DNA of 64,000 nt from Octopus sinensis (lineage: Eukaryota). The notes below the pieces were generated by a model. It saw only the letters and a program-made list of their open reading frames with translations, had not been told where the DNA came from and searched no databases. Position numbers and translations under genes: made by a program. Position 1 is the first letter of the stretch. Each line of letters begins with the position of its first letter. The stretch is taken from contig NC_042997.1 in NCBI RefSeq assembly GCF_006345805.1, positions 151,528,001 to 151,592,000 of the forward strand. Reading direction: 5' to 3'. Shown in pieces: positions 55,210-64,000 of the stretch.

Positions 55210-56513
55210 TTGTCAAACTTGAAATATTGTCTATAAGGAATTTTTTTTCTGAGCGGTTAACAAACTAGTAATTGCACATGTTCAATATATTTTATAATGA
55301 GATTCTCAATGTCAAACACTGATAATATGAAAAGCCACTTCTATGTCGTTTAAATTTTTTTTTTTTATATGTAATAGAATCTTTTTGTATAATCTTTAAG
55401 GTTATGAGTAACCTATTCGTAAAATCGTTCCATTATCATATTGTAGATTTATTATAACCTATATAATTTTTTCCCTTGAAATTCTTCATATATCATCATG
55501 TTTTAATTCTCTCTCATTTTTCATTTCTAATTGCTTTACATACTTCATTTTTAAAAACCTATTTATAGCTTCATGCAGCCACATCCTTGGTATAAAGTTT
55601 GCCATTATCATACTTGATTTGTTCATAAATAGTTATAATGAAGATGTTACATTACTATGATAATATATATTTAATTGTTAGTGTTCGTTGTGGTTCTTGA
55701 ATAAACATTGCAATATGTATGTCTTTATAATTTTCCTCAAGATTTTATTTACTTTCATTCTATATGCAATAGCCGCAGCGTATGTGGTGGTCGCTTCAAT
55801 TTATAAATAAGAATATTGAGATAAAGAATAAGAAGTTTGTATGCAACCATGATTATATCTGGTTAATAGAAGAACCTATTTTACACAAAAACTGGTATTC
55901 CTTTCATTTGAGTTATAAGCATGCATAGAGATTTATCATCTACATGATTGGGAACAATATTTTTATTAGGATAAACGAGTACTGAGTTCAGTAGTATATT
56001 AGACTATATTATTAGTTTTGGGGCCAAAGCCTAACAATAAGAGCTTGCTACAAAACATTCCGCCACAAAAATTTAATAATATCGAAGCAGTAACTTTCAT
56101 AAATCAGGGTTTAATTTTTGAAGGCTCTTTCTGAACCCAGGCAACGACGGGTATTTCTGTTAGTATATACAACCTCAACATCGTTTATGCTTAGCAGCCC
56201 TTCCTGTTTGTTTTCTCTGTCCTGTTTGTGTTACCAATTTTGACCCTCTAGAAAATCCGAAATTTTATTTAATTTGCTTTGCTGGACCAACTGTTTTATC
56301 GAAAGCGTAGCTTGTTGTTAAATGCTCGAAATACGAGAGCAGAAAAACAGCCAACAACTGATGAAGGGTCGTTTTTTTGTGTTGTTTGTCTTGTTTTCCA
56401 TTTGTGTCTTTCGTTCTTAGAAAAAAATAGTTCCAATAAGGGGTGTTACGTTAGTTCACTGGTTGTGAACAGCTGACAACGAAGTACATCTCCCGCGTTA
56501 GAAGCTGTGCAAA

Positions 56514-56514
<1 letters not shown>

Positions 56515-56581
<67 letters not shown>

Positions 56582-56601
56582 TATAGATAATGATAATAAT
56601 C

Positions 56602-56635
<34 letters not shown>

Positions 56636-56645
56636 CAACAACAAT
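56515..56645. repeat. (TAA)n/(CAA)n microsatellite
   Basis: Visible directly. Confidence 0.95.
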
Positions 56646-57196
56646 ATGTGTAACTTTAAAAAATTCACATCAACGAAAATACAAAGGCTACTCGGTGACA
56701 GGAGAAGCGCATGAATTATGTTCTGAATTATGCAGCATTCGTTTATCGGTTTGTTTGAAGGCATTAAAGAATATAACCACAAGCAGTTCTTCAGAAACTT
56801 GTACGTGGTGTAGAAGCTGAATAGGATTTTGAAGGATTTTAAGGAAGGGATTTTCATGGAATACTCCATACGGCATTGGAAATAGATATCACAAAAGTCG
56901 ACGTCAAAACCATTTACAATAAGTCTCTGCCTTCTGGGATTAACCAGAGTTGAACAATAATATAACATCAACGACATAGCCATTTTTTTCTTCATTAATG
57001 CATTTTTCTTATTATATTTCTGCTTTACTCATAGTCTGTTTTCTCTCTTAAAATTCAATATACATTTCTCTTACACATCTATACACACACACACACTCAC
57101 CCACTCACTCTCTCTATCTATCTATCTCTTTCTTTCTCTCTATCTAGCTAGGTAGATCACTAGCTAGTCATCTCTCTCTATCTTTCTCTCTCTCTC

Positions 57197-57198
57197 TG

Positions 57199-57268
<70 letters not shown>

Positions 57269-57442
57269 AATTTTTTTTTGTTCTTTTCTTCCCTTTTACG
57301 ATCCCTCTTGATCGAAAACCTACGCCACCCCTTTTTTTCTTTTGTTTTTTGTTCTCTTCATCCCCCAAAAGAAAAGCTCTACCTTGTAACTTGTCCCATC
57401 TGTGTGCATCCCTGTGTGGCCAATAAAGAAACTTATCTATCA

Positions 57443-57539
<97 letters not shown>

Positions 57540-57560
57540 GTTAGCTAGCTAGCTACCTAC
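57197..57560. repeat. (TATC)n arrays (57197-57268 and 57427-57540)
   Basis: Visible directly. Confidence 0.93.
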
Positions 57561-57797
57561 CTACCTATGTATCTATCTCGCTCGCTCTTACTATATTTAT
57601 ATTTCATTCTTTCCTTCACAGCCTTCTTTAGATATTTTCTATATCTGTCTATTGTTTACTTTATTTCTGTAAAACTATTTTTCCTCGCTTTTCCCCCTCT
57701 GCCTGTCTGATTCTTTATATATTTCCCTGCGCGCTCTCTCGCTTTCACTCTCCCACTCTTCTTTCTTTCTTTTCTTAACTCTCTCTCCCTCTCTTTC

Positions 57798-57837
<40 letters not shown>

Positions 57838-58080
57838 GCTTCCTGTAGCCATCTATTTATCTATCATCGATGAGAACATCACAAAATATACGCAAAGAAA
57901 TTATGGTGAGCTAGGCATATATGTTCAACAACTTGAAATTGTCACACACACACACAATATATATATATATATAAATATATATATATATCTTATTTTCATC
58001 TCTTTCACTTTAAGCACTTCTATACTTCTTATTTATATATCCTCTTTATCCAATGCGCTGTCTCTATTTCACTACATCTC

Positions 58081-58136
<56 letters not shown>

Positions 58137-58879
58137 GTCTCTCTCCCTTTTCCTATATTTTCACTCTTCTGCTTTTTCAACCATATAGACTATATGAGAT
58201 CCCTGGAACTCGTCCACAGATCTTGTACCATAGCAACGAAAGTGCTGTTAGACAAATATATTTAATCTTATGGTCAAATTGTTTCCCAAGCACTGATTAT
58301 CTTCGATCAGACACTATCTTTTCTATTTATCTTCTTTCTTTTTATTTTAATATACTTATTTATTTTATTGTCAATGTTTGAAAGAAGTACTCAGCGTGGA
58401 AATTTCACGGTTCGACAATTCATTTGTCTTTAAAATTGGCGAGTACAACTGTCTACTACATCTTCATTCTCTCCCGATAGTGGCAAGTTAGGTCCAGAAA
58501 GAGATGTTTGCCAATTACAACAACAAACACTACTACTATTTCCAACAACAGAAATGCTACAGCTGCTGCTGGTGATGATGATGCTGAAGCTGACGTTCAT
58601 GTTGATGATGATGATGCTTATGATGACGATGATGTTATGGAGGTTGATAATGATGATCACAATAATAATTTCTTATTTCGGCACAGAGCCACAATTTTGT
58701 GGGGAGATACGGAATGGTCAATTAGATTGATCCCAGACAACTTAAAGACTTAACAGCTTTGGCCAAGGTGTTAATATGCTTGAGTTTGTGCTTAGTAGTG
58801 TCGTCAAGAAGAAATATTTATCACAACATCCCCAACGCCTGTAAAATAACGTAGACATGAACAAATGGGAAGTTTCTAC

Positions 58880-59062
58880 GAGTTTGTTTGATTTACTAGA
58901 AATAGCAGCCAAATATCTCACAAATCACACAATATCACAGTAAAAAGAAAAAAGGATAGGACATTTTAGATAATGCCTGTTTAAATTGTAAGATTGTTCC
59001 GACTTTGATTTTACCTCAGTTTCTTCAAAGTTGACATGGTACTAAACAACAACAGCAACAAA
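58880..59062 (+). mobile_element. short (AAC)n-tailed retroposon remnant
   Basis: ctagaaatagcagccaaat...ggacattttagataatg...ctaaacaacaacagcaac; same family as 24841-25000. Confidence 0.55.
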
Positions 59063-59974
59063 ACAAATACGGTAAATAAATTTGTTTGTAGCTCTAACTT
59101 GTTGGACATTTAGATAAACAATTAAGTTTAACATCTTCAACTACTGAAAGCTGTTGGCTGCCCTTTGTCTTTTTAATATTAAATGTCATATTCAATTGTC
59201 CTGTACAATATAATTAATGGTGTTGAATATCAGGTTTTTACTTTCAAAGTTCAAGTCTTAACAGGATAAAGTAATTTAGCTTTTATTGGACCATAGAAGG
59301 GATGAAAGACTAAGTTAAATCTGTCAAAATTTGAACACAATCCAGGCTGTTGTTTATTTTTTCGGCGTGCAAAATCACGATATAATTATGATTCAGGAAT
59401 ATAGCCAACAAATTTGATGGAAGAAGTTGGCTGAAGAAATCTGACACAATATTAAATGGGACTTTATTTTATGGTGCTCGAAAGGGTAAAAGACAAAGTG
59501 CATCTCGGTGGAATTTGATCTCAGAGTGACAAATAATTAAATAAATAATTAAATAAGAAAATAAGAAAGAAAGAAAATCAGTCACTTCGATGCTCTGCCG
59601 AATTTGCTAGCTCGCTGCCATGTCAACACTCACTATAATGAAATATAGAAATTTGTATGAGAATTTTGCTTCTTGAGGAAGGCACATGAAAAGAACACTG
59701 GTTTACATATTTTTTAATGAAAAGCTAACATTTGTCTTTAGAATTGGCTCATGCAACAGATGCTGCTGCCCAGCACCGATGGTAACCTATGCAAATAAAA
59801 GGTCCGCTGTATCGTATTGCCAGAGTTGTCGCAGGCAAAATCAGGATCTAAATACTGCGAGGTATTCTGTCCAAAGCTCTAGCAATTTTATGAATCTGTT
59901 TCACTGAACTGGAACTTTATTTTATCAACTAAAATAATAATAAGGATAAATAAATGAATAATAATTATTGTTTC

Positions 59975-60130
59975 TAGTCGATTTTCATCGATCCCAGTGT
60001 TTCACTGGTACTTAATTTATCGACCGCAAAAGGATGAAAGGCAAAGTCGACCTGAGCGCATTTTGAACTCAGATCGTAATGACAGACGAAATGCCACTAA
60101 GTATTACGCCCAGCATGCTAACGATCTAGG
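59975..60130 (-). mobile_element. Nin/Deu-domain SINE
   Basis: ctggtacttaatttatcgaccgcaaaaggatgaaaggcaaagtcgacc...ttttgaactcaga is nearly identical to part of 63231-63609. Confidence 0.88.
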
Positions 60131-60134
60131 TTTC

Positions 60135-60900
60135 CCACATTCCCACTGGATCAGACGAGGAGCCAGCCGTAGGTGTCATAGTCCCAAGTTGCTGCGAATA
60201 AATCCTGCTTACACTGTTGTCTTTGAGCCTATCAACATCCAGGCTATTGCTTCTTACGTGTTCAGCCGCAATCTCAGTTCAGCCACAAGCTTGTATTCGA
60301 TGCCCAACAAACGATCATTTGGAAAACCCTGCAGATCTGTATGAGTCTCCAGTGGTCATCTACATATACATGATCGATCTACTTTCTTACACACTCATTA
60401 TTAACAAATCAAGTCCAATCATACGGTTCAGCAATTTGAAGACCAAGGTTTTTTGCAAAGTAAAGGAGCATCACACCACTTTTTTTCCTAGCACCAGTAG
60501 CAAAAGTACCAACAATGCTCTCGTATTCCGTTCTGTCAATCCTAGTTGATGCGCTGAAATCTCGCAGGATCAAGGGTGTGTCCCTGTAAGGTGCATATAC
60601 TGCAACTAAAACATGAGAATGTTGAATCCTCAACCACATAATACTCTCGTTCACAGGTGTTACATCTCGAACCATTGGAACCAGCCATTCAGCCACTGCA
60701 ACTGCTACCACACCAGTATACGAGCCATCAGAAAGCCCAGACAAGTAATAGGTGTAACCACCTGTTGAGATGTCACACCTCCCTGGCCGACGCACCGCTG
60801 GAAAAGCCGCCACAGTAACTCGCAAACGGCTGAGTTCCAAAGACATTACGGGTAAGTGAAAAATCATCCTTCAGAAAGAGAACATCCCAGGTCTCCATCC
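60135..60900 (-). pseudogene. non-LTR retrotransposon (RTE-like) APE endonuclease remnant
   Basis: ORF 60867-60409: ELSRLRVTVAAFPAVRRPG...GGYTYYLSG...GVAVAV...VTPVNESIMWLRI...VAVYAP...LILRDFSA, matching APE motifs (AALSEVR, YTYYWSG, GVAVAV, VYAP, LGDFNA) with an internal deletion. Confidence 0.85.
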
Positions 60901-61358
60901 GAATATGCCTCTACAGGTTAAGCCGAGATTTCCTATTCCTAGCGGATGACAACTTTGCACCAATCAGGCGACAACACTCTAACCCCTCCTGTCCTCTGGG
61001 GTCTTTTGAACAACCTGCCCTACAAGTGGTTGAGGAAGAGAAAATTTGGGGATCTATGCAAGTGATTATTATTGATGTGGGTTTTATGAAGCTGGAGAGC
61101 ACATCCTACCTCAACCTCTGTTAGTCCTTTTACGACACGCTGAGTATACACAGGGGATGTTTATCCTTTGGAACAGCATTGATTATTTGCGATGGGGAAT
61201 ATACAACTATATTGTATAATGCGTAACATGCATATTAAGGTAATCATGTAAACATAATTTATACCACGTTGAAAATACTACATGAAGTAAGCTGCGAAAC
61301 TGCCGTAATCCTAAGATTATCAAATCGTTAAATAATACCTCCTGATTTTTATGGCTCC

Positions 61359-61482
<124 letters not shown>

Positions 61483-61665
61483 CGTTAGCCACTACACACA
61501 TTTATTTCTCTCCTTGTTTCTCTCCTTGTTTGTTTTGTGTCCCTTTCTGTAGAAGAGCGTAGGCTCGAAACGTAAAATACTTTTTCTATTCCTGAGCGTT
61601 ATACTAATACATCTGTTTGTTTTGTACAGCACCTGTCTTCGTCTTTTGTTTTTTTCGTAAACTCT
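61483..61665 (+). mobile_element. PLE-type terminal repeat
   Basis: Reverse complement of 16860-17025; contains a hammerhead-like motif. Confidence 0.72.
61544..61577 (+). ncRNA. minimal hammerhead-like motif (A6U variant)
   Basis: ttt-CTGTAGA-a-gagc-gtag-gctc-GAAA-cg-TA-aaa. 4-bp helix II, palindromic ACGU in place of helix III, GUA triplet, 3-bp helix I. Confidence 0.5.
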
Positions 61666-61705
<40 letters not shown>

Positions 61706-61779
61706 GTATATCTTCTTTTTTGTTATTCCCTTCAGCCATATAGCTGCGGTCCGCTTGGTGCACTACTGTGCTTAATGAT

Positions 61780-61893
61780 GTTTACAGATCCTAGGTTTCC
61801 AAAGCGGTCACCCATCTAAGTACTAAGCTCAGCGTTGCTTCACATCGGTGATCGGACGAGAACCAGCGTTTTCAACGTGATATGGCTGTAAAT
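61780..61893 (-). pseudogene. 5S rRNA-derived copy (pseudogene or SINE3 head)
   Basis: Minus strand atttacagccatatcacgttgaaaacgctggttctcgtccgatcaccgatgtgaagcaacg...ttagtacttagatgggtgaccgctttggaaacctaggatctgtaaac. Helix I tttacag/ctgtaaa is complementary. There is a ~5-nt internal deletion and no immediate T-run terminator. Confidence 0.9.
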
Positions 61894-63230
61894 ATGAGTG
61901 AATGTATGTGTGTGTGTGTGTGTGTATGTGTGTATGTGTGTGTGCGTGTGTATACCTTTATCTATTTATATATGTACATAAGCACGAATGTAGTGAGGAG
62001 AGAGATAGTAAGAGAGTGGTAGATTGTGTGATTTGAGAGAGTTTTCTCACGTTGATTCACAACGCTGTGACTTCCTTGCAGGGTCGAGTTACAATTAAGA
62101 TTTCCTCAGACTTGTATATCCATTTTTATAAGTAAGAAAAACCGATTTTCAGAAGACAGATTTTATTTGTTTACATGTTTCTTTACTTTTGCTTCAATGT
62201 ATTTACATTGTTAATTTCATTAAGTTTGATTGATTTCTATGATACCTCGACTAAAAGCATTTTTCTTAATTCTAGTTAGTCCTCTTCTATTGGTTAAATT
62301 TCATTTATATATATATTTTTAATACCCATCGAGAACTTTATTGTCAGGTTTACATTTACAGACTGTTAAAAATATAAAACAGGTTCGGTATTACTGTCTT
62401 TATTGACATATTTATAACAGAAAAAATCATTATGACAAAAAGTTCCTTAGGCGATATTTTTTATTATTCTTTCTTTTCCAACCGATTGTGTATGATAATT
62501 CAAACCACCCCGGTATTAAAATGTTTCTGCAGTTTTAACTGGTTTTGTTTGAGTTAGGAAAACAAAACCTGTCATCCGTGTCAATTATATAACATTCTCA
62601 AAATTTCCCCAAAGAGCATTTAATTTCCTAAGTTTTTGATACGGAAAAATAATAATTGATGTTTAGTTGTTTTGCTAAAATAATGTATACACTAACAATG
62701 CGTACAAAAATATAGCCAATATTCTTCTAAGTAAAATAAGGAAATATTTAGGTTTATTCACTTAAGTTTCGACAGGGAATTAAACTTAATCAGTAACGAT
62801 TTTGGTATAGTATAAATCTATATTCAGTAACTAACTGAAGAGATAGTTAGCCGAAATATCAACCGGATAGTGTTACCGTATTTCGACAGCAAATCTGCTA
62901 TGTGATTTAAAGCCCAAACTTGTACAGCAAACTGATTTATGCAGTAATGGATACGGTAAAACACAATATCCTATAAAATTGAAAGGTTGAGTTCATAGCA
63001 CTGTGTGAGTGTAGTTTCTATATCACTTGTAAATACGTCTCAGTTGACCCTAAGTGTTTGATGCAAATAAATTAGGTAAATAACCATAATCGTGTGATTT
63101 ACAGCTATTATATAACATGGAATTCACATTTTGTGTACCCCTCCACACACACAAAGACACAAACACACTCACGTACTTACGTATGTACATGTCTTGACTT
63201 CGTCTGCATGGCGTTTAGAACATTTATAAT

Positions 63231-63609
63231 AATGATTTCAAATTTTGTCACTAGGGCAACGTTTTGGGGAAGGGGATGAGTCGATTACATCAACGCTAGT
63301 GTTCAACTGGTACTTAATTTATCGACCCCGAAAGGATGAAAGGCAAAGTCGACCTCGGCGGAATTTGAACTCAGAACGTAGCGGCAGACGAAATACCTAT
63401 TTCTTTACTACCAACAAGGGGCTAAACACAGAGGAAAAACAAGGACAGACAAACGGATTAAGTCGATTATATCGACCCCAGTGCGTAACTGGTACTTATT
63501 TAATCGACCTCGATAGGATGAAAGGCAAAGTCGACCTCGGTGGAATTTGGACTCAGAACGTAGCGGCAGACGAGGCGTGCTAACGTTTCTGCCAGCTCGC
63601 CGCCTTAGG
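63231..63609 (-). mobile_element. dimeric Nin/Deu-domain SINE with target-site duplication
   Basis: Two tandem central-domain units (~63278-63398 and ~63460-63573). The head ends gccagctcgccgcctta. An identical 11-bp direct repeat acatttataat lies at 63220-63230 and 63610-63620. Confidence 0.92.
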
Positions 63610-64000
63610 ACATTTATAATGATAGTGCCGTGAGAGCCAGAAATGAAATCAGAAGTATGAGCATGAAGCAAACCGTTTTCTCACGCGTCGTTCACTAGGA
63701 ATTTTTAAACGAAACAGTATAAGGATAAGCGGTTCCTTGAAACTTTCGTTTCATATTTCAAAAAATATTCAGGCAGTATGTATTGAGAAGAAAACCAGGC
63801 TCGGTTTACGAGGTGAGTATAGGAAACAAACAACACTAAGTACTCGAAATTGGAGCTTTTCAGTTATAATGTATGAAAGAACACCCTACACTTTTATTGA
63901 GTCCTGTAATTTATAGCTTCGTGTGAGCTGTCAGAATCATTAGGATGCCTGATTAAATGCTTTGTAACCATTCGTTCGTCTTTACGTTCTTTTCTTTAAT

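Larger units (their letters stand above)
50989..56163 (+). mobile_element. Helitron with both termini, internally deleted
   Basis: 5' end A|TCtatatactaaag...gtgtgtctgt at 50989. 3' end cccaggcaacgacggg (hairpin-like) followed by tatttctgTTAG|T at 56163 (CTAG with one change). Inserted in an AT dinucleotide; contains a RepHel pseudogene. Confidence 0.85.

Noticed and set aside
56320-56370. gaaa...CTGATGA as a type II/III hammerhead
   Set aside because: No helix III, GUH or helix I pairing can be drawn.
61780-61893. Functional 5S rRNA gene
   Set aside because: Internal deletion, multiple substitutions, no terminator and not in a tandem array.
63773-63818. Candidate 40-nt exon with strong GAG|GTGAGT donor
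   Set aside because: Weak A-rich acceptor and no recognisable product; similar isolated splice-like pairs (62081-62130, 47915-47921) are expected by chance.

Overview
This is an AT-rich eukaryotic window dominated by microsatellites and decayed transposable elements. The repeat landscape (tRNA-derived CORE-like and Nin/Deu-domain SINEs, very dense TA/CA/TATC/triplet microsatellites) looks like a coleoid cephalopod, probably Octopus; this is an inference from repeat recognition, not a database result. I found no supportable host protein-coding exon, so the window is probably intronic or intergenic, and nearly all ORFs in the supplied track are translations of simple repeats. Recognisable elements are a mariner pseudogene cut by the left edge, a full-length TA-flanked Tc1 element (5486-6757), CR1/Jockey-like and RTE LINE remnants, and the 3' end of an RLE-type non-LTR element. 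There are also two Penelope-like element (PLE) fragments with GIY-YIG endonuclease, a Helitron with both termini but a helicase deletion (50989-56163), more than a dozen SINE pieces and two 5S-rRNA-derived copies. The most unusual signal is structural: several PLE-type terminal repeats carry minimal type-I hammerhead ribozyme (HHR) motifs, some with recurrent core variants, and six long inverted repeats or fold-back palindromes occur, including a perfect 50-bp spacerless palindrome.
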